Made by a program: the position numbers and the translations under genes. A stretch of 40,297 nt of DNA, taken from positions 1-40,297 of IMG/VR virus record IMGVR_UViG_3300038406_000249; one strand, written 5' to 3'. This DNA is from a virus. Taxonomy: Duplodnaviria > Caudoviricetes. Each line of letters opens with the position of its first letter. Position 1 is the first letter of the stretch. The notes below the pieces were generated by a model. That model was not told the DNA's origin. It saw only the letters and a program-made list of their open reading frames with translations, and ran no database searches. Positions 9,464 to 19,312 of the stretch are shown piece by piece.

Positions 9464-12400
9464 TATCTGCTGTCCGCCTTCGGGGCGCGTTGAACGCCGC
9501 CTCTAAATCCGACCTCGAATGAGCACCCAATGAAGGCCAAGCCCTCGTCAGGCGCAGCTGGCTCAGTCTCCTTGAGGCGCAACTGCCAGCGGTGACCCTT
9601 TTGATGATCCACATGAGCCCGCACGCCGTTTTCAGCCAGCGCAGCTATAGCAGCTTCCGTCCACGTAAATGTTGAGCTCTGATTCGCGGTCCCGAAGGTG
9701 TGCCCGTTGCGCACTAACTCGACGGTCAATCCACCGGTACCGCGCTTTTCAAGCATAGGACGGAGCCGACGCAAACGCTTGAGCGTCTGCCAATCAGAAA
9801 ATGCAATATGCCCAGTCGTTAGCGTGATGCCGTACCATCCGTTTGCATCCGTATAAGCCGATCCGCCGGGCTCGTATGCTACGACACCATCTGATGCGAC
9901 GTAGTGCCAAAGACCAATACTGTACGCGGCATCCGCTCCAACACGAGCAGTGTTGTAGTTCCAGATCGCCCAGCGCTTTGACTCGAAATCGAACACAATC
10001 ACACGCCACGCTGTGCCCGCAGTGTTCTGCACGAGCCAGCGGATCTCTCCACGATGCTGCACATAGGTCGCTGAGCGTACTACCGGAAACGCCGCGAAGG
10101 TGTCCTGCACCGGATCGCCAAGGTATTGAGATGCTCTAGAGCGATCGAGTAGATAGATCCCTTGCCGCCCAATGTAGAAGACGCCCAACGGAGTGGACAC
10201 GGTACCACGCGGCTGATCGCATCCACCATCTGAGTGGATCAGGATTGGAACCGTGAAGCTGCCGCTCTGTGGATCGCCCGTACTATTCGGCCCTTCGCCT
10301 AGAATTGCGTAGATGCGATCCTTGGAGAATGCTATCAGCGCATCATCAAGGCTTGCGAGCGCGTTAACCTCCTCGCCAGGAATGCGCACTTGCTGGGCCA
10401 AGTTAAACTCCGCGGGACGCCCCTCTGTCTCCTCCTGCGAGTACCAGATGATGTCAGGCTCTTCTCCTCCCGCCACCCAGAGCCGGGCCTTGTGGCGCAC
10501 GAGCGCGCGCCCGCCACCATAGACTGCGTCTTGCTCGAGCACGCCACCGGCAGTGTACAGTGTCGGGTTGCTGGTGATAAAGTCTGCACCATTGTCGTTG
10601 ATTGTCTGGAGTGACAGCCGTTGCGGATCGTTGTCACGCCCAGCTACTGTGAGCACGATCGAGCGCTCACGATGGAATACTCCTGTCTCGCTAGCTGGTG
10701 CTCCGGCCACGGTAACGTTGGCTCTGTAGAGCGCTAACTGGACGCGCCGCTGCGTAGCAGTCTGCCGCTGCCGCAGAGTGAGTGACAGGTGCCAAACCGT
10801 TACATCGATCGTACCCTGTCCAGCACCGTTGTCCGGAACCTGGGCAGTGATTGCTTCGCTAGGCTCGCTCTGGTGATAATTCCCCCAGCGATCAAACCAC
10901 TCGTACACTAGTACGTATTGGTAAAAATCCCCAGCAACGAGCCCAGTGCCGGCGCCATTGGCAGTGGCTAACCGCGGCGTCTGGAGAAACCCCGCCTCGT
11001 GTGCGTTGTCCCCGTCAGTGTACTGCACGAGCCCACTAGCCCAGTACGCTAGGTCACCAGTTTCTGCCGCCTGGTAGCGTGCTGAATCATCGAAGTCGAA
11101 GGTTAAATGGTCGCCGGCTCCGTGCGTATCAGCACCGGCAGCCTGCAGATAGACTCCGGTGTGACGCTTGGACGACTGCGCAGATACCCACGAGGGCATG
11201 TAACGCGGCCCGGAGCCGAGCCCAGACGTTGCCTCCTGCGATTTGCCAAACGTAGCCACGGGGCGCGCTGAGGCATCCGAGTCATTGAGCTCGATTGCCG
11301 CGAATACATTATCGGTCGAGACGACACAGAACTGGCGGTCATGGATCGTCCAGGGCTTGGATTCGGGCCGTAGGCGCGCCGTGCTACGCGTTGTCCCTTG
11401 CGTGCCGGAACTCGTAATCCATCGCCACCACATAATCTGTGGAGTGGTCGCGGTCGCATTTTCGTGGCCGTAAACCATGTAGCTCGACTCAGAGATCTTG
11501 GTTATTCCAGTGCCAGCCTCGAGCGCGCCGAGCGGAATGTGTGACGTTGACGCTAGGATCTGAGCAGCCGTGCTCGTGTTGTAGACCTCGACGCGCACTG
11601 CACCGCTGTCCACGTACGCTATGACGCCTGCAGGCGTGCCGCTTGGTGCCGCATCGAGTACCGAGATACGCGAGTGCGTACCGATAGCCGCCTGCGCAGC
11701 GCGCCAGGTAGACCCGAGCGCTGGCAGAGCCCCGGCAGTCGTCACCTTTACGCCTACTCGTTGCCCGGCTATATCGATGTACGCGAGCAAAAATTCTGCA
11801 GCAGATCCATTGGGAGAGATATCGTAGCAACCAGCCGCGTCCAGGATGTCAGTAAGGATTGTCACCTCACTGCTAATCACTGGTACGGTGGTGCAGTCGA
11901 CAATGCGCGCTCTTAGCTGCGTCGTACCGCTCGTCGGGAAATAGCAGATAAGCACGTATCGACCGTTGCCCATCACGGCCACGCGCAGATGAGTAACGCC
12001 TGTCGCGCTGCTCAGATTTTGATCGAAAAGATATGTCCTCCCGGAGTCATCTGTGATGCGACAATAAATGCCACCGGACGCCTTCCAGGCATAGACGAAG
12101 TAACCGTTCGCGTAGGCTGCCTCAGGATTGAAAACGTTGTCTTGGATGGATCGCTCGATCGCTCGTCGGCGCACCGTGCACTCGGACATCTGCTGAGTGA
12201 CCTCAAGCAGCGTCGTAGCGTTCGGTCTGAGAATCCGACCAGAGGCCTGACCGGTCGCAATCAGTAGCGAGTCCTTCCATTTTATTAATCGCTCAACATC
12301 AGGAGAACCAGCGATTGTGGTATTGAGCTCCGACGTTCCAGGACGCTTGCGAATTTTTCCAGGCTCCTCGAAACTGCCATTTTCGATTACGGTAAATCCG

Positions 12401-12489
12401 TCTTCTAGCAGCGCCGGCTCGGACGCCTCGTCGAGCGGACCTACGAACGGCTTGTGCACAACCTGGTACTGTACCGGCGGCATCACCAC
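9463..12489 (-). CDS. Tail nozzle / tail tubular protein B-like (P22 gp10 / T7 gp12 analogue)
   Basis: 1008 aa beta-rich protein with N-terminal 'ENGSFEEPGKIRKRPG' and propeller-like blades. Located downstream of the head-tail adaptor. Confidence 0.7.
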   Translation of the reverse strand: MVMPPVQYQVVHKPFVGPLDEASEPALLEDGFTVIENGSFEEPGKIRKRPGTSELNTTIAGSPDVERLIKWKDSLLIATGQASGRILRPNATTLLEVTQQMSECTVRRRAIERSIQDNVFNPEAAYANGYFVYAWKASGGIYCRITDDSGRTYLFDQNLSSATGVTHLRVAVMGNGRYVLICYFPTSGTTQLRARIVDCTTVPVISSEVTILTDILDAAGCYDISPNGSAAEFLLAYIDIAGQRVGVKVTTAGALPALGSTWRAAQAAIGTHSRISVLDAAPSGTPAGVIAYVDSGAVRVEVYNTSTAAQILASTSHIPLGALEAGTGITKISESSYMVYGHENATATTPQIMWWRWITSSGTQGTTRSTARLRPESKPWTIHDRQFCVVSTDNVFAAIELNDSDASARPVATFGKSQEATSGLGSGPRYMPSWVSAQSSKRHTGVYLQAAGADTHGAGDHLTFDFDDSARYQAAETGDLAYWASGLVQYTDGDNAHEAGFLQTPRLATANGAGTGLVAGDFYQYVLVYEWFDRWGNYHQSEPSEAITAQVPDNGAGQGTIDVTVWHLSLTLRQRQTATQRRVQLALYRANVTVAGAPASETGVFHRERSIVLTVAGRDNDPQRLSLQTINDNGADFITSNPTLYTAGGVLEQDAVYGGGRALVRHKARLWVAGGEEPDIIWYSQEETEGRPAEFNLAQQVRIPGEEVNALASLDDALIAFSKDRIYAILGEGPNSTGDPQSGSFTVPILIHSDGGCDQPRGTVSTPLGVFYIGRQGIYLLDRSRASQYLGDPVQDTFAAFPVVRSATYVQHRGEIRWLVQNTAGTAWRVIVFDFESKRWAIWNYNTARVGADAAYSIGLWHYVASDGVVAYEPGGSAYTDANGWYGITLTTGHIAFSDWQTLKRLRRLRPMLEKRGTGGLTVELVRNGHTFGTANQSSTFTWTEAAIAALAENGVRAHVDHQKGHRWQLRLKETEPAAPDEGLAFIGCSFEVGFRGGVQRAPKADSR

Positions 12490-12836
12490 ACCACTAGGTC
12501 GGCAATGAAGGTTGCTCCCGCACGCAGCTGCACGTGCGTTGCGATCCGTGCCGCACTCCAGTCAGCGTGGCCCGAGTCGATCTCGAACAGATTAGCATTG
12601 ACTGTGCGCACTCGAGCGAGCAACCAGCCCTTATGAGCTCTACCAAGTCGATGCTGTACGTAGGCCGTTACGCCGCTTGAGAATGAGACGTCTCGAACCA
12701 ACTGTGAACCGCGGAGCCACTCCGGCAAAAGCTTGCGTACTGAGCGCTCGATCGCATCAAGCAGACGCGTATCCTCTACGCTCTGCCCGGAGCTAGGCCT
12801 CTCCACCTGCAGACTACGGATCCGTTCACCAGCCAT
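12483..12836 (-). CDS. Small tail-associated structural protein
   Basis: ATG 12836 overlaps the end of the upstream gene. The 'VQHRLGRAHKGW' motif resembles the HxLG motif of small tail proteins. Confidence 0.55.
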   Translation of the reverse strand: MAGERIRSLQVERPSSGQSVEDTRLLDAIERSVRKLLPEWLRGSQLVRDVSFSSGVTAYVQHRLGRAHKGWLLARVRTVNANLFEIDSGHADWSAARIATHVQLRAGATFIADLVVW

Positions 12837-13536
12837 TAAGATCCTCGTCATCCTCGTTGGCTCTGTGGTCGTGTATTGGCTTTGGCCAATTCTGATCCGA
12901 TGGCGCGAACCATGTTTCGATGCGCTTGCTCAACAGCTCGCGTTCACGCACTAGATCTGAGGCGTCGCGTTCCTCTTTCGCGGCCAGTCTGATAGCGGCA
13001 TCGAGCACAATCCATTCGGGAAATGGCAACTGAACCAGCTCGCTATTGGCTAGCGGGCGGCCCCAATCTCGAATAAATGAGTAATGCACGGTGTACACGC
13101 CGTTCGGAGGCGGATCGAATAGCAGATGAAATTTTTTGGCTTGCGATGCCGTCTCGAGCTTTAGCCGCAACGAGTACCAAGGGAACGAGCTTATCCCCCA
13201 CGACTGAGCTCTGGTCGTAGTAACACGCGCCGAATTAAATGGCCTCAGCGGATACTTGTAGTCGCCGACCAGTAAGCGCACGCTCACGACTTTTTTCGTG
13301 ACCGCCTGCAGCGCGTACTCTGCCGTGCCGGCGACCGTTACCACTGTTGAATCACGGATCCACATATCCTCCCGCAGCGAGCACAGATTCTCGTAATGCT
13401 GCTCTGCTGCGAGATGGATCGTGTTGTACAACTCGCCAGATGCAGCAGCCCCGTCGACAACGAACGTACTATTCTCCAAGTCCGCCCGTTGTCGAACGAG
13501 TTCTGCAATATTCTCGTATGTGTAGTGGTCGAGCAC
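12826..13536 (-). CDS. Head-tail adaptor / tail tubular protein A-like
   Basis: 236 aa with 'LVRQRADLEN', 'TVVTVAGTAEYAL' and 'EWIVLDAAIRLAAKEE'. Position between capsid and nozzle genes. Confidence 0.7.
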   Translation of the reverse strand: MLDHYTYENIAELVRQRADLENSTFVVDGAAASGELYNTIHLAAEQHYENLCSLREDMWIRDSTVVTVAGTAEYALQAVTKKVVSVRLLVGDYKYPLRPFNSARVTTTRAQSWGISSFPWYSLRLKLETASQAKKFHLLFDPPPNGVYTVHYSFIRDWGRPLANSELVQLPFPEWIVLDAAIRLAAKEERDASDLVRERELLSKRIETWFAPSDQNWPKPIHDHRANEDDEDLNGW

Positions 13537-13737
13537 TTACTCTTCGTCGTCGTAAGACTCGAGCTGCATGATGGTTTTGACGGCTTCGCAAATCGCTTTG
13601 CCGTCCTTGGCTTCAAGGGCGTCGGCGAGTGCTAGACCCGCCTCGTCCTTGGCCACGCTTTCCGCGTCATCATCCTCACTGGGTGAGGACATTGGCGCCT
13701 TAGTGTTCATGCCTCCGAGCATATCTTCCATTGGCAT
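13537..13737 (-). CDS. Small acidic hypothetical protein
   Basis: 66 aa, fills the gap exactly between two structural genes. Confidence 0.6.
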   Translation of the reverse strand: MPMEDMLGGMNTKAPMSSPSEDDDAESVAKDEAGLALADALEAKDGKAICEAVKTIMQLESYDDEE

Positions 13738-13738
13738 G

Positions 13739-14122
13739 TTACTTACCTACCGGGCTGGAGCTCACCACGATTCTGAAGTTAACGCGCGGTCCATCCAGAT
13801 TAGCCGCAGTACCTGCGGTGCTCTGAGTGACCAGCGTAAACGCCTTGGTAGTGAGCAGCGTTTGCGCATTCATGATTTGGACACGCTTTGCCGAACTCGA
13901 AAGGTCTTCCTCTAGCCAAGCTTCTGCAGTGATTACCCGTGCGAATGGGCCATCCGTGAGAGTAATCGTATAGACGCCTGTTGACGGGGTCGAAACTGAG
14001 AACCCCGCACCAACCAGATTGACCGGTGCGCCGCTGCCGTCCGTTTCGAACGATCCTTCATAGACCTGTCGAGCCGGGTTTTTGTAATAGCTCTCCGAGT
14101 AGAGAGCCTTGCCGCCAGCCAT
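13739..14122 (-). CDS. Putative virion structural protein
   Basis: 127 aa, beta-rich ('STPSTGVYTITL'), TAATG overlap with the upstream gene. Confidence 0.6.
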   Translation of the reverse strand: MAGGKALYSESYYKNPARQVYEGSFETDGSGAPVNLVGAGFSVSTPSTGVYTITLTDGPFARVITAEAWLEEDLSSSAKRVQIMNAQTLLTTKAFTLVTQSTAGTAANLDGPRVNFRIVVSSSPVGK

Positions 14123-14679
14123 TAGCCGATCTCCAAGACAAGCAAGCCTACGGGTAGACCCTGACCAATGCCGGTGGCACCGCTGCGGGTTATGTCGACG
14201 ACAAGCACATCGCCTTTGTCGAGCTCAATCTCAGCGCTGACAGAGCTGAGAGCAAACGCATTCGATGCTCGGGGCAGATTGACTGTCATGTGCCCTTGAG
14301 TGGTCGACACTCCAGTAGCCAGTGCGCCAACATTGGCGGTCGTTGCGTCGGTGCTGCCTTTCAGATACGCGATCAACGCCGTAGCAGAGTACGTTGGTGA
14401 TGCGTATTTTAGCAGCTGCACTACGTAGTAATCGGAGGCCGATACCGTGCTAGAAAGGCTTTGCACGTAGCGGGCGCCAACGATCCTGCATTTGTTTACG
14501 GCCGTGTAGACGACCTGCGCCACGAAGGCCGTCGCCGTTGCGGCGTTGCCCTCGTTGCGGTAGCTGACTTGTTCGCCAGTCGTCATTGCGGCCAAGGCCT
14601 CGACGGTGCGCGCCGAATCCTCGGCGTCGCCAAACATGCCGCGAAGTCGCTCGCGGAGCTGTGTGATATTGAGCGCCAT
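14122..14679 (-). CDS. Putative capsid decoration / cement protein
   Basis: ATG 14679 overlaps the capsid stop (TAATG). 185 aa beta-rich protein immediately after the major capsid gene. Confidence 0.55.
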   Translation of the reverse strand: MALNITQLRERLRGMFGDAEDSARTVEALAAMTTGEQVSYRNEGNAATATAFVAQVVYTAVNKCRIVGARYVQSLSSTVSASDYYVVQLLKYASPTYSATALIAYLKGSTDATTANVGALATGVSTTQGHMTVNLPRASNAFALSSVSAEIELDKGDVLVVDITRSGATGIGQGLPVGLLVLEIG

Positions 14680-15905
14680 TAGTCTGACTCCACAGTGATT
14701 ACGCAGTTCGCCCGCGTATCGTCGCACGCCATGTTCGCGTAATAGTCAGCGCGCACTTCGTAGCCAGACGCGCTGACTTCGCGGAGCATAGTGACGCCGT
14801 CATCATCGACCATGTCTGGGACAGGGCCGAGGCTGACGAGCTTCCAAGTGTCCTTCGTGAGGAGGAACATGTTATCGTCAGTAGAATTTTGATCCGCTAC
14901 ACAATTGACATTGCGTCGCGAGCCAGTGAACACGATCGATTTGAATCCGATGCGTGCATCAGTCGACTTGATGTCGTCGTAAACCACCTTGTTTCCGAGT
15001 TCCAATTGGAGGTCACGGAACTTCAAATGATTCATTAGACACAAATCTGGCGATGCGCCTTCGCGCCCCAGTCTAGCGATACCGATTCGGATTGCTTCAG
15101 CGATTGAGACATTCGTTGCGGAAACGCGCGAGCCGTAAAGACGCGAATCTTCGCTTCTGTCGACCTGAAAAAAGCTATCGCCAGAAGTCGGAGCTACCGT
15201 GGGGATCCACGCAAGCAGACCAGCGATCGAATTCTTAAAGTCGCCCTCGACAAAGAAGTACCGGCTAGCCGCTAAGCCTGTCGCGTCATTGACGGTAACG
15301 GTTCCGGTGTCGCGGTTTACTCCAGTAACAGTCGCCGTAGTTGGCGTTCCTCCACCGATTAGCGTGTGCGCCGCGCTCGAGCCGTCATTGGCCGAGAACA
15401 CGTACACATCGCCAACCTCAACGTTTGAGATTTCCTCGATATCGTTGAGAGTGAACGTCAAACCTGACGTGTAACCAGCACTGATTTGGCCGCGCGCGCC
15501 ACCGGTATTGCGATACATACTGATCGCGCATGAGCGCGTCAGTGTGCTCAGCATTCCGTCGACTTCGCGTTGTCGTGCTTCGAAAAACGCCTTCTTACCG
15601 GCGCCTTTCGATTGCTTCAAAACCTTGCGAGTGATGCTAATGAAGCCAAAATCATCAGCAGTCGTGATGAAAAAGTCTTCATATTTATTTGTGGATTTGT
15701 TCGCTTGCCCGGTGGCAAACGTGCGGGAACGGCCGTTGGGAATTCCATACTGGATTGGCTGCACATAGTGCTTTCCGCCAATGTCCGTCTTTTTTGGACA
15801 CATGGCGAACCAAGGATTTTCTGGATAGGTAACGTCGTTGATACCTTCCTCCGAATAGAATTCCTTCAGGGCCGCATCAAAGGATGTTGCGTCAACTGAG
15901 GACAT
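14679..15905 (-). CDS. Major capsid protein
   Basis: 408 aa after portal and scaffold. N-terminus 'FDAALKEFY...YPENPWFAMCPK' plus a beta-rich insertion domain. RBS GGAG. Confidence 0.85.
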   Translation of the reverse strand: MSSVDATSFDAALKEFYSEEGINDVTYPENPWFAMCPKKTDIGGKHYVQPIQYGIPNGRSRTFATGQANKSTNKYEDFFITTADDFGFISITRKVLKQSKGAGKKAFFEARQREVDGMLSTLTRSCAISMYRNTGGARGQISAGYTSGLTFTLNDIEEISNVEVGDVYVFSANDGSSAAHTLIGGGTPTTATVTGVNRDTGTVTVNDATGLAASRYFFVEGDFKNSIAGLLAWIPTVAPTSGDSFFQVDRSEDSRLYGSRVSATNVSIAEAIRIGIARLGREGASPDLCLMNHLKFRDLQLELGNKVVYDDIKSTDARIGFKSIVFTGSRRNVNCVADQNSTDDNMFLLTKDTWKLVSLGPVPDMVDDDGVTMLREVSASGYEVRADYYANMACDDTRANCVITVESD

Positions 15906-15917
15906 GTAGAGTTACTC

Positions 15918-16901
15918 CTAGCGATCTGGACTGAAACGGAGCAGGTTCGCGGCGCGATCAAATCGCTCCTGCCGCGTTAGCGGTCGGGGCGGAGTTGCGC
16001 GCGCTCCTGCGTCGAGGTTGGACAATGCTGGCGCTTCTGTCGCCTCGGGCTTCGCCGACTGAACGGCTCCGTTGCCACGCTCGGAGGGGCTCGCTTGCGC
16101 GGACCCGCCTGTACTTCTCCCATTCAGGCGCTGGGCATAACGCTCCGCTTTTGCGCGGAGATTAGATTCGAAATGCGCGAATACGTCACGCACAGTCGCG
16201 TCGTCGAGCACCTGTCCCACTGGCTCGAGCTCGCGCTTGTAATAAGCTCGTAGAGCCGCCATTACCTCGGCAGGACTCTCGTCACTTAGCAACGGATAAT
16301 CACTCTCATGCTCACCGATGAACGACGTCACAATCTTGATATTTTGCTGCTCTTCTGATTGTTCGGCGCTTTGCTGCCGATGAGTGCGGAGCTCTTCCAG
16401 TTCGCGCTCTTGCTTCTCGTATTTTTCCGTGAGCTCACGTAGCTTGATCTGCTCGGGAGTCTCCTGCTCGTCGACTGCGCGCTTAGCTACGTCGCGTGCA
16501 CTCACGCCATGCTTGCGCATGAATTCGTAAGGATCTTTTTTGAGCAGCTCGACGTGCTCGAAGTGCTCCCGCTGCGCTTGCGCTAGTGTGGCTTCGCGAA
16601 TTTGAATCGTGCGTTCTTTTTTCGCGAGCTCTTTGCGTTGCGTTTTGAGCGCGGCAAAGCCCTTGTCCAGACGCTCCTGTTTCTTTTCTTCAGGTGCCTT
16701 CTCTGGCGCCGCTTCCTCTTTTTCGGTGGGCTCTTTAGGCTTCGCCGGATCAGTCTCGCTATCAGGATTATCGTTCTGCCCCTGCGAATAGCCTTCTATT
16801 GGACGATTACCGCGCCCTCGTATCCATGAGGCAACGTCCTCGTCCCCAGTCTGCTCTTTGGGCGGTGCTGGTTGCTCGAGCTGCTGTGCTGCGTCGGCCA
16901 T
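15918..16901 (-). CDS. Capsid scaffolding protein
   Basis: Highly charged coiled-coil protein between portal and capsid, with a C-terminal helix. Confidence 0.75.
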   Translation of the reverse strand: MADAAQQLEQPAPPKEQTGDEDVASWIRGRGNRPIEGYSQGQNDNPDSETDPAKPKEPTEKEEAAPEKAPEEKKQERLDKGFAALKTQRKELAKKERTIQIREATLAQAQREHFEHVELLKKDPYEFMRKHGVSARDVAKRAVDEQETPEQIKLRELTEKYEKQERELEELRTHRQQSAEQSEEQQNIKIVTSFIGEHESDYPLLSDESPAEVMAALRAYYKRELEPVGQVLDDATVRDVFAHFESNLRAKAERYAQRLNGRSTGGSAQASPSERGNGAVQSAKPEATEAPALSNLDAGARATPPRPLTRQERFDRAANLLRFSPDR

Positions 16902-18760
16902 CAGTTGAGTCCTGTCGGAGGCATGCCTACGGGAGGAGGAATAGGCGCCCCGGGCGCGTCTGGTGGGATGGGTGACTCAGCAGTAGGGGGAGGCACTGCA
17001 GCACCCGGGGCAGGTTCTTGGGACGCGGTGAGCATGTCTTTGCACTGCTCAACCCACGTATTCAGCAGGTCGCGATTCTCGTCCGGATACTTGCGTACGT
17101 AAGCGTGAACGAAGGCGCGCGTACCGCGATCGATCGCCATCATGAGATCCATCTGAGGCACTGGCGCGATGTATTCGCCGTCCTCTAGGATCTTCTCGAT
17201 GCACATGTCGATGAGCCTCGGTGACGAGAGCGAGATCTCCATCTTGGCGGCTGTGTCTGGCAGCTCTGCCATCTCGCGCGCCTCACTCGCATCGATCCAA
17301 CCCTTAGCCTCAAAATGCTCAGCGAGTGCAACCTTGCCCGCGTAGTCGTGCGGCATCTGAGATGCAGGAGTCATCTTCATTTCGAAGGTGCCGACGTCCT
17401 GCAGAACTTCTTTCGCCTCGAGTTCCTCGATCCAATTTTTCGCGTGATATGTGATCTTGTATGAGCCCTCTTTTTCGAGAATATCGCGGGCCGTTTGCAG
17501 TGTTTGCTCAGCCGCCTCCATCACCGCACGCTCATCGTTGCGTGCAACGGTCAGGAATCTCTCAGACTCAATGTTGTGGTAAACGAGCTGCGCGCGGCCG
17601 CTCTCCGCCATGCCAGCGGGTAGAGAGCCCGACGCGCTAAGTTGCGAGATGCCACTCATCTCATACGCGCTTTGAGTAAGCGTATTGAGATGGCTCAAAA
17701 TCTGCGGAGTGACAACGTCGTGCACGTGAAACTGCGGCGGCGTCCCCGTGTAATCAATCTGTACGCCCTGCAGAGCGTTACTGATCTGCGCATCGATGAT
17801 TCTGCTGCCGCGTTCAACGAACACTTTGATGTTTCCGCCGCGGTACATGTTGTTTTGGATCATGCGCAGCAGTTGATTGATCTCGAGTTGAATACCTGAC
17901 AGCTGCTCCGCCAAGCCAACGCCCCAGAAGCCAAGCGGCTCATCACTCCAGCGCCAAAATGCAAACGGGAAACCATCCCGCGTCCATTTGTCGTCGTATA
18001 GCACCGCTCCGTCGATGACTGCGCACGCTCGACCGTCCTTCGCTTTCGGCCCCGAAGGCAAATGCCAAGCTTGCGTGACTACGACTTGATCTGACTGACT
18101 ATCACGACCGAAGTAGCGCCTGTCTGCCGGCGCAGCATTCTCAATCGCATCACGCACACGAGGGAAACGCTCAGTGAGTACAGCGCGATCGATACAACGC
18201 TGGCGATACATCTCACGAGGCTCTCCGTAAATACCTTGCGCGTCGTCAACAAGCAGTTCACCCGGGAATACGTACTCGTAGCGCACCTGTCCCCAGTGCT
18301 CCAGGATGTGCATAGCGCCAGTGCCGAGCAATATGGAGTTCTTGATGCAACGCGATCGTAGGTGCCAAAAGTCGCCCTTGTGAAAATGGCCTTGTATGAA
18401 TTTGTCGCGTTTCTTCGCGAGCTTTTGCAGCGTCGCGTCACCAGCGTCGGTTAGATTCTGCGGCGCAGGTCGACCCTTTGTTAATTTGCTTGTCGCAGCG
18501 TCGACCATATTTCGGACAACGTTAAGCGAAAGCCTTCGCCCTTCGACCGGGCCACTACCGAGCGTGCGGCGTCGCGGGAATTGCCCGACGTCTGCAGTAC
18601 CTGCGTATCCGTGCACAGCGCGGTCGCCATACAGCCGCAGGTAGTGCAGCAGTTGACCTCGTCGGTACGACTGACGATCGTCGACGCGTTCGGTCGCAGC
18701 GATTACTGCGTTCGGTAGGTCTGATTTACCAGACCGCTCCCAGCGGAGGTCTTGCGACAT
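16901..18760 (-). CDS. Portal protein
   Basis: 619 aa downstream of the terminase. 'LNVVRNMVDAATSKL' and 'GFWGVGLAEQLSGIQLEINQL' are typical of P22-like podoviral portals. Pro-rich tail. Confidence 0.85.
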   Translation of the reverse strand: MSQDLRWERSGKSDLPNAVIAATERVDDRQSYRRGQLLHYLRLYGDRAVHGYAGTADVGQFPRRRTLGSGPVEGRRLSLNVVRNMVDAATSKLTKGRPAPQNLTDAGDATLQKLAKKRDKFIQGHFHKGDFWHLRSRCIKNSILLGTGAMHILEHWGQVRYEYVFPGELLVDDAQGIYGEPREMYRQRCIDRAVLTERFPRVRDAIENAAPADRRYFGRDSQSDQVVVTQAWHLPSGPKAKDGRACAVIDGAVLYDDKWTRDGFPFAFWRWSDEPLGFWGVGLAEQLSGIQLEINQLLRMIQNNMYRGGNIKVFVERGSRIIDAQISNALQGVQIDYTGTPPQFHVHDVVTPQILSHLNTLTQSAYEMSGISQLSASGSLPAGMAESGRAQLVYHNIESERFLTVARNDERAVMEAAEQTLQTARDILEKEGSYKITYHAKNWIEELEAKEVLQDVGTFEMKMTPASQMPHDYAGKVALAEHFEAKGWIDASEAREMAELPDTAAKMEISLSSPRLIDMCIEKILEDGEYIAPVPQMDLMMAIDRGTRAFVHAYVRKYPDENRDLLNTWVEQCKDMLTASQEPAPGAAVPPPTAESPIPPDAPGAPIPPPVGMPPTGLN

Positions 18761-18823
18761 GCGTCGACGTCATGCTCAGCTCCCTGTCATGCGCGACGAG
18801 CGCGCTGTCACTTGCGTGACGTT

Positions 18824-19066
18824 TCATGAGGCCTCCGAACTGGCGTACATGAGCCGTTCGAGGTTCTCCTGCTCTTGCTCCGGGCTCAGCTTGTCAGCCT
18901 CTGCCGCAGGAATCACAGGACGCTCCGCGTGCAGCTGCACGCTCACGTCCTGACATGCGATTGCGGTGACACGATTCAGCAAACCATGCGTGCTAAGCAG
19001 GCTGATTGCTTCACCGAGTGTCATCGCCACGGGAAAAGTATGGGTTCGCGTTTGGTCAATTGTCAA
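18824..19066 (-). CDS. Hypothetical protein
   Basis: 80-aa ORF filling the terL-portal interval. Start uncertain. Confidence 0.5.
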   Translation of the reverse strand: MTIDQTRTHTFPVAMTLGEAISLLSTHGLLNRVTAIACQDVSVQLHAERPVIPAAEADKLSPEQEQENLERLMYASSEAS

Positions 19067-19072
19067 AAATAT

Positions 19073-19312
19073 CTATTTTCCCTCGCGCGCGCGCGTAGGC
19101 GAGATTTCGGGCGCGTCGGCGACAATGAAACGCAGGTTTTCAAACGGAACCTGCACGGTCTTCGAGCTTTTGCGGTGGATGAAGACCATCCGAAGCGCGT
19201 AGTCGACTTCGACCTCGTACTGCGAGCCGTTAACCAAGAGCTCCATGCTGCGCCCGAAGCGCGCGGCCTCGTCGAGCATGAGCGATTCGTCTTTTTTCAA
19301 TCTAGTTCTCAT
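19073..19312 (-). CDS. Hypothetical protein (79 aa)
   Basis: ATG 19312 overlaps the terL end: MRTRLKKDESLMLDEAARFG... Confidence 0.55.
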   Translation of the reverse strand: MRTRLKKDESLMLDEAARFGRSMELLVNGSQYEVEVDYALRMVFIHRKSSKTVQVPFENLRFIVADAPEISPTRAREGK

